A DNA stretch of 64,000 bases, taken from the NCBI GenBank assembly GCA_951406725.2, contig OX597814.1, positions 13,826,001-13,890,000 of the forward strand, in the 5' to 3' direction. Positions 11,250 to 22,850 of this stretch are shown here, piece after piece. Source of the stretch: Octopus vulgaris. Its lineage: Eukaryota. Under the pieces are notes generated by a model. It did not search any database, was not told the DNA's origin, and saw only the letters and a list, made by a program, of their open reading frames with translations. Position numbers and translations under genes: made by a program. Numbering within the stretch: the stretch's first letter is position 1; every line of letters starts with the position of its first letter.

Positions 11250-11497
11250 AAGCGGCGAGCTGGCAGAAACGTTAGCATACCGGGCGAAATGTTTAGCGTA
11301 TTCCGTCTATCTTTACGTTCTGAGTTGAAATTCCGCCGTGGTAAACTTTGTTCAAATTCCGCCAAGGTCGACATTGCTTTTCATAATTTCGGGGTCGATA
11401 AGTGCCAGTTACGCACTGGGATCGATGTAATTAATCCCTTTGTCCTAGTTTTTTCCCTCTATGTTTATCCCCTTGTGGGCAATAAAGAAATAAATAA
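11250..11497 (+). mobile_element. SINE family B (tRNA-like head)
   Basis: GCGGCGAGCTGGCAGAAACGTTAGC...GTTCAAATTCCGCCAAGGTCGAC...TTTCGGGGTCGATA...AATAAAGAAATAA. Related copies at 42325-42800, 50615-50815 and 28600-28790. Confidence 0.75.
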
Positions 11498-12419
11498 GTT
11501 GATTTGCATAAACGTTATCAAGAAATACTTGTAGACTCAGACGCAAAGAACTGTAGTTTTTCGTCACAGAACAATTTTATCTCTCACATGGTTGTGTGTT
11601 CCTAACACACTCGACTGATTAACGTAAAGGGACTGTAGATGAACTGCTGTTTTGACATTGTTGTGTACTAGTAGGCATAGAAACCTGAACCAATATATCT
11701 AACAATAATCCGCGATTCTTCTTTATAACTTCAATATACAAATTATTTACTAATACGCACTGGTACAGATATCGGAAATCAATCATTCAAATATAGTACT
11801 AGTTGAATAATATTCTTAAGGTCGCAATTTACTCACTTGCAGCATGTTTCAGAAGCTAGTATCTAATCCAGTTCTTAACCAGATTGAAAATTGTTAACAG
11901 TTTTGAAGAGGACTAGCCCCTAGCTAAATTTTGGCCTAACAGAATTGAGATTTGATCCAGTAGAAACAAATTTATTTCAAAATTTTTAGCAACGTTATTG
12001 GAGAGTTTTATATGTATGTTAGCTTTAATGATAGAAGAAAGCATGAATATTTCCACAGCTTTCGTCCCATGCAACAAACATTTGTATGAAAAGAGCCGTG
12101 GGGGAAAATATCATGAAAATAAATATAAGGAAGGCAAAAATGGGATTTAAGTATAATTAACATTTTTTAATTTGAAATTAAGCTTAAATGATAGAGCTCA
12201 ATTCGAGAAATTTCCTGGTAGCTATCTCGTGCAATGAAGTTTTAAAAAAAAGTTATGAATGTTTGTTTCTCAAATTTGAGGGTGATAATATAGTTCTATA
12301 AGGGGTCATTTGATATATGTCACTGGCGTCATTGAGGTCAGGATAAGATTATCAACGACTCCGATAATTGACAATTTTGATCCATTATTAATTAGCATAA
12401 TAGCATTGAATGGAAGAAA

Positions 12420-12794
12420 CATGAATTACATGGAAAAATGCGAGCAAGAGAAATATTATTCTCAAGATCATAAACCTACACAATTACAGGACAAGTTATT
12501 ACGCTTGGAAAAGTTCAGGACAATGTATTACACCTGGTAAAGTACAGAACAATAAAATATTTTACTTAAAATATTGCAGCTAAGGATAAAATTTGAATAC
12601 TGAATATTAGTTGATTTTAATTTACAAAGTAACATAATAATTTAAAAAAGGGACCAGCATTTCATAATATTGATACAATAGAATACTTCAAAATGAGAGC
12701 TACAAGTACTATTATAACTAAAGATGTATGCAAAGTAGAATAGCATACAGTAGTAACTAGGTCTACGAACGCCTCTAATCACGAATAAATCGTG

Positions 12795-12831
<37 letters not shown>

Positions 12832-13803
12832 AACACGCATATAAATATCTGTATGTATATATAAATACATATAGTGCTGATGACACCTACTGAGGCAGAG
12901 AAACGTGACCCTAGTGTACTTTAATCACCAGATCACATTATATTACACATAATCATACCTTTTCAAATGTATAGTAAGTTTTTTCAATGTTTTTCCCCAG
13001 TATATATGTTCGAAAACCGAGGTACTACTGTAAATGGCAGGTAAATTCACTATGTAACAAATAGACATTGGAACAAGATTAAAATGTGAAGACTTGGCAA
13101 TAACTCAAGCAAATGTTACTGTCTAATTGCTGTTATAGATAGCTTTACTGTAATATATAACCAATTTTGTATTAACCTATTTATTATATTAACTAACTAT
13201 GTACTACTATTACATTTTATAACCTACCTTCAAATTCCTAATTATTAATGAACCTATTAAGTCCCACTGTCCTATTAATTGGACGCTAAATGAGAAAATT
13301 AAAAGAGCTATATTACATTGTCTCAATGTTCTATTTATAGGACACCGAGTATTTCCATTTCTGCTTGAAATAAAGTAGTTTCAATTTTTTTTTTCATTTT
13401 AACCTATTTTCAATAATCTGCAAAAAATTTAAAACTAATATTCAGAAATTTAAGTACTCTGGGACTTAATGGGTTAATAATTTTTAAAATGAGTTTTTTT
13501 GAAGTGCAAAAGACATTTTAATTGAATTATTTTATTTTTGATAGAATTAACAAGTAATAACAAATAGAAGCAATAATATAAATTTTAGTTTTAATAAAAG
13601 CTAATATTTTCTAAATCTAAATATTTTATTTGAAATTTTATTCTTAGCTGCAATATTTGAAGTAAAACTTTTTGTTCCGTATTTTACCAAATGTAATAAT
13701 TTATTCTGTACTTTTCCAAGAGTAATAACTTGTCCTGTAGTTTTCGATGTTTATAATCTTATGAATATTATTTCTCTTGCTCGCATTTTTCCATGTAATA
13801 ATG
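12420..13803. repeat. Pair of diverged ~175-bp inverted repeats (12420-12595 and 13633-13803)
   Basis: ATGGAAAAATGCGAGCAAGAGAAATA..ACAGGACAAGTTATTAC.CTTGGAAAAGT..AATATTGCAGCTAAG at left; its reverse complement at right. Both translate YMEKCEQEK. Confidence 0.8.
13253..13473. mobile_element. piggyBac-like MITE
   Basis: TGAA|CCTATTAAGTCCCA ... TGGGACTTAATGGG|TTAA: a 14-bp TIR with 1 mismatch and a TTAA target (left copy mutated). Confidence 0.65.
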
Positions 13804-13865
13804 AATTGCCATGTATACTGTGAACAGCCAGAAGTAGAATAATATGCATATATACATACACACAC

Positions 13866-13923
<58 letters not shown>

Positions 13924-13968
13924 ACACACACACACATAAGCATACACACACATATATACATATATATA

Positions 13969-15338
13969 ATATTGGCCAAATTTATAGGATAGGTGTGAAA
14001 AAGTAGAGAATATAATTGAAACTCATTTACTTAATAAATGGAAATACTACAATAATCACTCTAGAAAAAAATCATCAATAATTAGTATTTGATATATCCT
14101 CCTTTTGTTTTTATAATCACTTTTACGCATTTTAGCATACTAGAGATTAAGTTGGCATAAGTGGTTGGGTCAATTTTCTGCCACTCTGCATAAAATTTGG
14201 CTTCTAATTCGGTTTTTGAAGAACATTTGTGCACCCTCACACTTGTACCTAAGTGGGGCCACTAATGTTCAATGGGATTGACGTCCGGAGACTGATGCGG
14301 GTGATTTAATCCCTTTCTCCTCAAGCCAACCCTTTGAAACTCTGGATGTGAAGCATGGAGCATTATCTTGTCGAAAGATTACGCTACCTCAGATGTTATC
14401 AATGAAAACTTAGCAAAGGGAGGTTGATAAACTTGTCTAACATGCTGGTGTAAGCTCTCGAATTCATTCTGCCCTCACAAGTGAACAACATTTCTGGGCC
14501 TGAAGACTACATGCAACCCCAAAACGTTAGACTTCCACCTCCAAATTTGACTGTTGAGACAACACACCTAGGATGATAAGCCTCTACAACTCTACGGCAA
14601 ACATAAACAGCTCCAGGGGTTCCAAATTTATCAGAAGAAAAACAAATTTGCTGATCACTTTTGGTATTCAAGAAGAAATTTGTACTGATATAAGAATTTC
14701 AATTATGCGTAGTAAAGTGATGGAAATGAATGTGGAGTATCTACAGTAAAGTTACCTTCATCAGACCAAACAACATAAGCTGAATCATCATCAGTCGAAT
14801 CATCAATGCTCTTTTACCCAAGACAATCGCTTCATGTTCACCTCAGACAAATGGCTTATTTCTGGCCTTACATCCTTTAAGCCCAGCGTCTAATAACCAT
14901 CTTCTCACTGTGCGAGTTGATACTTCCTTGTTTTTTTTTTTATTTTTTGCCACCTGAAACTCAGCAGTAACGTCAGAATATGTCCTCTTCTCGAGTATTT
15001 GAAATCTCTTGCAGTTTCAACTTGGAAAAATCTTTCACTGGGTATGAGGTTCAGGAAACCATTTCTCCTAAGACATTGTCAAGAAATATTAACGCTTCAT
15101 ATGTTATCAATTAGGTATTCACTGACAAAATAGGAAGCAAACGTTAGTGGAAGAAAATTAACCTAGTCATTTCCGCTAACTTCGTCTCAAAAATGCATAA
15201 AAGTGCTTACAAATGCAAAAGGAGGACACATGAAAATTAATTATTGACAGGATGGATGCAGAATGTTTTTAATACTATTTACAATTATTAAGTAAATGAG
15301 TTTTAATCATACCTGCTCCTTAATTTTGGCCAAGGCTG
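13969..15338 (-). mobile_element. Decayed Tc1-type DNA transposon with long TIRs
   Basis: Minus-strand peptides VKFGGGSLTFWGCM, FRQDNAPCF and HQSPDVNPIEH. Right end ...TAATTTTGGCCAAGGCTG|TA; left TTGGCCAAATT. Inner inverted blocks AAACTCATTTACTTAATAA and CCTCCTTTTG occur at both ends (~200-bp TIR). Confidence 0.85.
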
Positions 15339-15344
15339 TATATT

Positions 15345-15540
15345 CTTTCTTTTACTTCTTCCAAGCATTTAACTGCAGCCATGATTGAGGTTATAGTCGA
15401 AGGAATAGGCCCCCTAGGCTTATTCCTTATTCCATCGGTTTCTTTGCAGAAGGGCTAAGTTACGGGGTCATAAGCACTTCAGCATCGGTTGCCGAACGAT
15501 GGCGGAGGGATAAACACAAACGCAAAGATACACGCATACA
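15345..15540 (-). mobile_element. Decayed 3' fragment of SINE family A
   Basis: TTTTACTTCTTCCAAGCATTTAACTGCAGCCATG..GCTAAGTTACGGGG..AGCATCGGTTG, similar to 39095-39300. Confidence 0.6.
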
Positions 15541-15549
15541 TACACACAG

Positions 15550-15881
15550 AGATCCCCTTCGGTCATGACTTACCGTGGGATTGCACCTAGAAAGTTACCA
15601 TCCCAGACACAAGTCCGGGAAAGATTGTTTATAGAAGACCAGTAGTCGCCCATGCATATCGGTCAACCCTCTCCACGCCACCAGTGTTACCCAACGGAAA
15701 GGCGAAGGCCAATACAGGTTAGCACCTGTGACGTTGCAACATATTTCTACAGCTGTGTGTACACGGGCAATGTGAAATAAAGTGTCTTTCTCAAGAGCAC
15801 AACACGCAGCGCGATCCGTGATTCGAACTCACAACACCACGGTCGTAAGTTCGACGCTCTAACCACTGAGCTATGCACCTT
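15550..15881 (-). mobile_element. tRNA-derived SINE family C
   Basis: Minus strand begins AGGTGCATAGCTCAGTGGTTAGAGCG (A box) and contains GAGTTCGAATCA (B box). Ends GTCATGACCGAAGGGGATC. Confidence 0.75.
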
Positions 15882-15998
15882 CACACATACTCACACACAC
15901 ACATACCTATATATATATATATATATCATATATGTAATATGTAATTTTATATAGAATGGTATACACACATACACATATATACATCAGCCATGCCTGGT

Positions 15999-16037
<39 letters not shown>

Positions 16038-18053
16038 CTCAAGGTTTTTCTCAAAATTTCTATACATACAATTTGTGTGTGTGCGTTTGTGTGTCTAAGT
16101 ATATATATTTAATTATAAAATATGTAGAAAGCAACGTTCCTCATATATAGTAGTCGTTTTGTCCTAAATCTAGGTATTTTCACGTTCGAAGAAATTTGTT
16201 CATTACGAACATGCATAAATCCCTACTTTCTACCCAGTGAATAAAGAAATCCCTGAGTTCATGCAATTGTAAGTCCAATTCATTAAAGACATCTATAAGG
16301 CACATTACATCAAGTAATATACTTTTCATAAGTCTTTAAAGTTTATAGTCTTTCAAGGGTTAAATTATTTTCAAAGTTTGGAATATTTACACCATGGAAT
16401 CATTTTCCAAATTATTTAAGCTTATGTACTGTTTATTGATGTCTTTACCTTATGAAAGATTTTGGAAAATCTTTAATATTTTAAAAAATTGTATTTGTAT
16501 AAGGGATGCAAATAATATCTTAACATTAGAAATAGTGTTCAGTTTAGAAGAATTACAGGCGGAAAGTTGACGTAAACTTCATGCTATAGCATTGATATCC
16601 AGTCAATTAATGAAGTGTAATCGAAGAGACTTTTCTAATTTATTTGGTATTTATATGGCAATTTATATGGTAACCGATTGACGGAGATGTTGACATATGA
16701 CATCCTATGTGTGTAGATATCTTAGATGTGTTTTATAAGAGAATGGAGCGTAAACAATTGCTGTAAATTTATATGAAAGCGGCAGTAATGTTACCCATTG
16801 CAATATTTCCACATGAAACGTATTTTGTGTTTGACTTTTATATTGTTTTTGGAATGATTATGCTAGGCATATTATTGGAAATCAGTAACTGGAGCATAAA
16901 ATACTAAAACATATTTCTTTAGTAAACATTACATATATATTTCAGCAAAATTAGTATTCTTCTAACTATTCTTGCATAAAATTTTCAACTGATATTCAAT
17001 ATCACTGTCGTAAACAAATGCATTTTCTCAATGAATGTTTCAGCAAGGAAGGACCATGTTAAAATCACAGAACCTGAGAACACTATATCGATTACAGTTC
17101 AAGTGGAATAGAAATACTCCTGTGTAAAGGGCGCATAGCAAATACATGCACTTTTTAATATCCCATTTAATTTACCCTTAAACAGAAAACTAATTATCCG
17201 CTTGCCGGATATAATTAAATTTCTGTTAATTAACTTGTTGCTGTACATTAGAATGATTTCTATGCTAATTACCATAAATATCCTTTGAGTATATAGCAAG
17301 TGTTCTAAATAGATATTTATGGTACAATAATTAAAAAATTATTGTTTTAAAAATATATTTACTACATCATTTTCTATTTATTACACAATTCTTGTTTGTG
17401 GGAAAGGCATCTTATTAATAAATATATGTTGGCTCTTACATGTAAGTTAAGATTGTGTAATGAATCATTCAATATTTTTCGGCTATCAACAGAATTACCG
17501 AGGGCTATTTCTTTATTGTATCGAAACGATTATTAATTTTCTCGGGAAAATGTTATATTCATGGAAAGATTCGTATTAATTTATTCATTACACACGGGCA
17601 AGTTACCTTGTAGCATAGCTCAACGATTTAAATATTAGCGTGTGCTGTAACACCCATGTCTGAATATTAAAATCCGATTTTTTTCCACAAAAAAAATCAA
17701 TTATCGATATAAAATTTTTGACGGAATGATTGCTGTATCCAGATATTTGTTTCTTATCATGTAAATAAACGTAAGCCAGGAATATTTAGCTGTAGCAATC
17801 TGTATCTGTATTTTCATGTCACATTTTGTGGTGGGGGGAAATATTACGTTAAGCGTTAATTGATTTTTCCCGCAGTCAGCTACGTAATAAGGTGAATTTC
17901 CTCAGAATATTATTCAAGATACATCGAGTGTTTGATTATTGGAACATTTATCTCTTCTGCGTACTACGCGATCCATGCACATGTATAAAGTTACTATCAT
18001 CTAATGAGATAAATTTATTCTATTACATTATTATTATTATTATTATTATTATT

Positions 18054-20599
18054 CAGTAGTTTTATTTTTATTTTTATAGCGTGCTTTCACTTCACTACCG
18101 AGCACAGCTCTGTGTGCCTTGGGTTTGTGCTGTGATTTGTTGTGATGCTCTGATGGTTATTGTATGGAAAGTGTTCTGCGTAGGATGTGTGCAGTGCCCA
18201 GTAGTGCAATTTTCTGTATGTTATATGTGTTTGTAAGTCCTGGTGTTTTTGTTATGTATTTGTCTGAATATTTTTTTATCATGCCTAATGCACCTACTAT
18301 GATAGGAATTGTTTCTGTTTTCAGATTCCACATTCTAGTTACCTCTATTTCCAGGTCTTTGTATTTTGAGAGTTTCTCCATTTCTTTTAGAGACACGTTG
18401 TCATCTGCCGGTACTGATACATCAATTAGAAAGCATTTTTTTCTTCATGGTCTCTGACAACTATATCTGGTCTGTTGGCCTTAATTTCTCTATCTGTGTG
18501 TATCGGCATATCCCAGAGTATGGTTGCTTTCTCGTTTTCTGTGACCTTTTCTGGTGTGTGCCTATACCATCTTTTTTCTGTTGTTATTCCATAATGTTGG
18601 CATAGCTTCCAATGTATGTAAGTTCCAACTCTGTCATGTCTGTGAATATATTCCTTCTTAGCCAGGACTGGGCAGCTAGAGATAATATGATTTATTGTTT
18701 CTTGTCCATCTCCACATATTCTGCAGTTACTTGTAATATTTCTTTTCATTACATGTTTTTGGTAATTTCTGGTGGGGAGGCTTTGGTCTTGTGCTGCAAT
18801 TAAAAATCCCTCTGTTTCTGCTTTGAGTCCTGAGCTTCTCAACCATTGCTGGGATTTTTCTTTGTCTATTTCTTTTGCGTTTAGTTTAGTCCAGTATTTA
18901 CCATGAAGGGGCTTTTCTTGCCATCGTTTTATCATGGTTCGTTGCTGTTCTATTTTTAGTTTGGATTTCATTTTTTTTATAGCTTTTGTTGTTTCTTCAT
19001 CTTCTTCTTCTTCTTCTTCATGTTTATTAGGTGGTATGATTTCTTGTTTGTATTTGTCAGCTTCCTTAAATACTGAGAACAGTTTTTTGTTTTGCTCGTG
19101 TTTTGCCGCTATCTGGATCAGTTTTCCTTCCTTCTGAAGTAGATATTTTTGCAGTCCTATGGTGGTTATTTTATAGTAGTTTTCCAGCTGTATAAGGCCT
19201 CTACCACCTTCTATACGTTGTATATATAGTCTTTCTATGTCAGATTTTGGGTGATGCATCCTAGATCCTGTCATTATTTTTCTTGTTTTCCTGTCTATTT
19301 TGGTCAGTTCATTTCGTGTCCAGTTAAGGATATTGTAGCTGTAACTTATAACTGGGACAGCTAAAGTGTTGATACCTATTATCTTGTTTTTAGCATTGAG
19401 CTCTGTGTTTAGTATTGATCTAACTCGTCTATAATATTCTTTTTTTATTTTCTCTTTCATTTGTGTGTGTTGTGTCTTATCTAGTTCATGGATTCCTAAG
19501 TATTTGTAAGTTTGGCTTTGGTCTAATTCTTTTATTTCATTTGCTTCATCTAGTGTGATGTTGTTACTCTTAACTAGTTTTCCTCTTTTCATGGTTACTT
19601 TGGCGCATTTTTCTAATCCAAATTTCATATCTATTTCTTTGGTAAATCCATGAACTGTCTTTAATAGTGTTTCCAGCTGTTTGTCATTTGCAGCGTATAG
19701 TTTTAGGTCATCCATATATAAAAGGTGGCTGATCGTTTGGCCGTAACATTTATATCCGCATCCAGTTCTATTTAGCATATCAGATAGAGGTGACAGTGCT
19801 AAGCAGAAAAGGAGTGGAGAGAGCGTATCTCCCTGGAATATTCCTCTTCTAATGGGGATGTCTTTTGTTTTCATGAGTCCCTCTTTTGTTTGGAGGTGTA
19901 GGACTGTTTGCCATTTATTCATAGAGTGCTCTATGAATTTTATGATTGTTGGTGCTACTTTGTTAATGGCTAGTGTTTCGAGGATCCATGTGTGGGGGAT
20001 GCTATCAAACGCCTTTTTGTAGTCAATCCAGGCCATACTGAGGCCTTTCTTCTTTCTGTGGCTGTCTTCAGTTATGGCTTTATTAATCATTAGTTGATCT
20101 TTACAGCCATATGAGCCTTTGCGGCATCCTTTCTGCTCTTCTGGGAACAGTTTGTTTTCGTCCAGGTGCTTGTTCAGCCTTTGTGATATCACTGCAGTAA
20201 ATGCCTTGAACATAGTAGGGAGGCAGGTTATTGGTCTGTAGTTTTCTGGTTTTTCTGTTTCATTTGATTTGGGAATTAAGATGGTTTTCCCCTTCGTGAG
20301 CCATTCAGGCATTGTCTCTGGCTCTGCTAGTACGTTGTTAAAGTTTTCAGCCAGCTTTTTGTGCATTCCTGTTAGATATTTCAACCAGAAGTTGGGGATC
20401 TTGTCATGCCCAGGTGCCTTCCAGTTGCTTAGTCTTTGCAGTGCCTGGGTGACCTCTTCAGTTGTTATGGGGGTCCAAGTTTGTTCAGATGCCGAGTTTG
20501 TTATTTTGATACTCCTTTTTTTTGGTGGTTCGTTCGCCGACCATATTTCTCCCCAGAATTCTTCCAATTCTTCTGCCGTTGGTGCTGCAGTGACTTCTA
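18054..20599 (-). mobile_element. R4/Dong-clade non-LTR retrotransposon (RT + restriction-like endonuclease), 5'-truncated, in (TTA)n
   Basis: The 3' end abuts (TTA)n at 18027-18053 and (TTA)n resumes at about 21040. Dong elements are known to target TAA repeats. Confidence 0.92.
18157..20567 (-). pseudogene. R4/Dong ORF: RT, CCHC zinc knuckle, RLE endonuclease; single frameshift in an A-run near 18440
   Basis: 713-aa ORF with KAPGHD, NYRPITCL, EQKG, WIDYKKAFDS, GIFQGDTLSPLLF, YMDD, YKYLG, CRICGDGQETINHIISSC and NRPDIVV. Continues in the next frame as CFLIDVSVP..EKLSKYKDL..ILRRTLSIQ*. Confidence 0.92.
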
Positions 20600-21036
20600 T
20601 TCTTCCAATTCTTCTGCCGTTGGTGCTGCAGTGACTTCTATTCTTCCAATTCTTCTGCCGTTGGTGCTGCAGTGACTTCTATTCTTCCAATTCTTCTGCC
20701 GTTGGTGCTGCAGTGACTTCTATGTTCTTCCAATTCTTCTGCCGTTGGTGCTGCAGTGACTTCTATTGGTGCTGCAGTGACTTCTATTGGTGCTGCAGTG
20801 ACTTCTATTGGTGCTGCAGTGACTTCTATTGGTGCTGCAGTGACTTCTATTGGTGCTGCAGTGACTTCTATTGGTGCTGCAGTGACTTCTATTGGTGCTG
20901 CAGTGACTTCTATTGGTGCTGCAGTGACTTCTATTGGTGCTGCAGTGACTTCTATTGGTGCTGCAGTGACTTCTATTGGTGCTGCAGTGACTTCTATTGG
21001 TGCTGCAGTGACTTCTATTGGTGCTGCAGTGACTTC

Positions 21037-21038
<2 letters not shown>
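20559..21038. repeat. Nested tandem array made of LINE 5'-junction sequence (5x41 bp + 13x21 bp)
   Basis: The 41-mer TTCTTCCAATTCTTCTGCCGTTGGTGCTGCAGTGACTTCTA starts at 20559, 20600, 20641, 20682 and 20725 (TG inserted before the last). The 21-mer TTGGTGCTGCAGTGACTTCTA occurs 13 times over 20766-21038. Confidence 0.95.
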
Positions 21039-21100
<62 letters not shown>

Positions 21101-21534
21101 CGAAGGAGAGAGCAGTTCAAGACATCCAGCCTAGTATACCCATAATGACTAACCATCTCATAACGGTACACCAGGTACAAGCACCACAGCCATATGTGCG
21201 CGACATGGTGATCTCATATCAAGAGAAACAGCAAATGACCTTGCAGGTGGGGCTGAGTTAGAATTTTCTTCAGGTCGAGTAGCCCATCCCAATCAAAAGA
21301 TCCCTGAATAAGGTTTGTTTAAGGATGATGAGTAAAACACACAAGTTTCCACAGGTGTATGGCTCAAACATCAAAAGTATTCCTCTCAACACATGGCTAT
21401 GATGCTCACCCACTACTTTTGCTCGTGATCAGAGATGCACATATCGTCAACCATTAAGGAACATGCTCAACTTGTTAAGATCAAACAATTGACAAGAAAA
21501 ATCTGTGGTATTCAACAAATTATTTGCTGTAGCC

Positions 21535-21535
<1 letters not shown>
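21101..21535. mobile_element. ~435-bp non-coding interspersed element embedded in (TTA)n
   Basis: Complex, relatively GC-richer sequence with sharp (TTA)n boundaries on both sides and no credible ORF. Only one copy in the window, so repeat status rests on my recollection of a similar cephalopod repeat. Confidence 0.55.
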
Positions 21536-21606
<71 letters not shown>

Positions 21607-21668
21607 CTTTATTATTATTAATATTATTACTGTTGTTGTTGTTATTATTATTATTATTATTGTTGTTG

Positions 21669-21727
<59 letters not shown>

Positions 21728-22679
21728 TTGCTGCGGAACACATCGGAGGTTTTTTCAAGCGCTGCAAGACAGTTCGGTTCAAAGTATTTAGTTACACCAG
21801 GTTTGCTGTTGTTTTGCAGTAATTATTTTATTCCAAGTCGTTAATAGAAGCACCAGGAATATATTACCGGTTTTTATGGTTGTGTAGCCTCCTGAGAGGC
21901 GATTTTCAGCTCACCAAACAAATTTGGTGGGCGTTAAAATTTAATGGAATCAATAAAACTTAACAAAATGGCAGAGCACGTCTTGTGAAAGTTGCGGGTA
22001 AACAAAACAAATCCTGTTACCAAAATGTAACAGATGGGTATTTCCCTCCCCATCCCTTGGTTACGGGCAGCAATACAGTGGAATTGGAGGAAGGGAAGAA
22101 CAAGACTGTTATGGTACAAAGTACAACAAACACTAACAACGACACCAACAGAAAAACTAACATCTGTAGAAATTACATCAACAGCCGCTGCAGTAGTAGT
22201 GAGAGCAGCAACAACCAGGAACAAGAAAGCAAAAGCAGTGGCAGTAACTATAGCCACAACAATAACAACAACAACTAGAACAAAAGTGACATGAACAACA
22301 GCAAAACCAATACTAACAACATCGATAAGAACAGCATGTTCTTTCCAAATTTCGGACAGGATGATGGTGTTGTTTTTCTTGAATATAGTGCCCAACTGAC
22401 CCAACCATATTGTGTAGTCGACAAAATCAAAAACAAACGATGCGCATGCGCGAAATAACTGATGTACAATCGCAAAAATTTAACCATTTCATCCTGTACA
22501 TGTATATGTGTGTGTGTATGTATGTGTGTGCATTATACTTTACGTGATATTCACTTACGTTGCGTAATGATTGCTATTCCAAGTTTGACGTTGGTATATC
22601 CTCGATAAAATAAACAAGCCACTGAGCATTGACATCAAAGAAACAGATGATGGGAAAGTTGTCATTAAGAAATAACTTA

Positions 22680-22850
22680 AATAATACTCTGTTCTCTCCT
22701 TGTTTTTTTCTGTGTATCATTCTGTGGAAGAGCGTAGGCTCGAAACGTAAAAGACTTTTTCTATTTCTATTCCTGAGCGCTATCCTAATACATTTGCTCG
22801 TTTGTACTCCACCTGCCTTCGTCTTTTGTTTATTTTCGCAAACTTTCCCG
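22680..22850 (+). mobile_element. Variant-hammerhead short element, copy 1
   Basis: CATT-CTGTGGA-A-GAGC-GTAG-GCTC-GAAACGTA-AAAG (22718-22753), followed by the family tail ..TTCCTGAGCG..AATACAT..CACCTG.CTTCGTCTTTTGT. Confidence 0.75.

Noticed and set aside
12872-12915. CTGATGA...GAAACGTGA hammerhead candidate
   Set aside because: Stem II pairs only partly and stem I has no partner.
20559-21038. CRISPR-like array
   Set aside because: Units are contiguous with no spacers, the context is eukaryotic, and there are no cas genes.
20713-21261. Cys-rich ORF (WCCSDFY)n and (SIGAAVT)n that look like repeat proteins
   Set aside because: These are antisense translations of the 21-bp LINE-derived tandem array.
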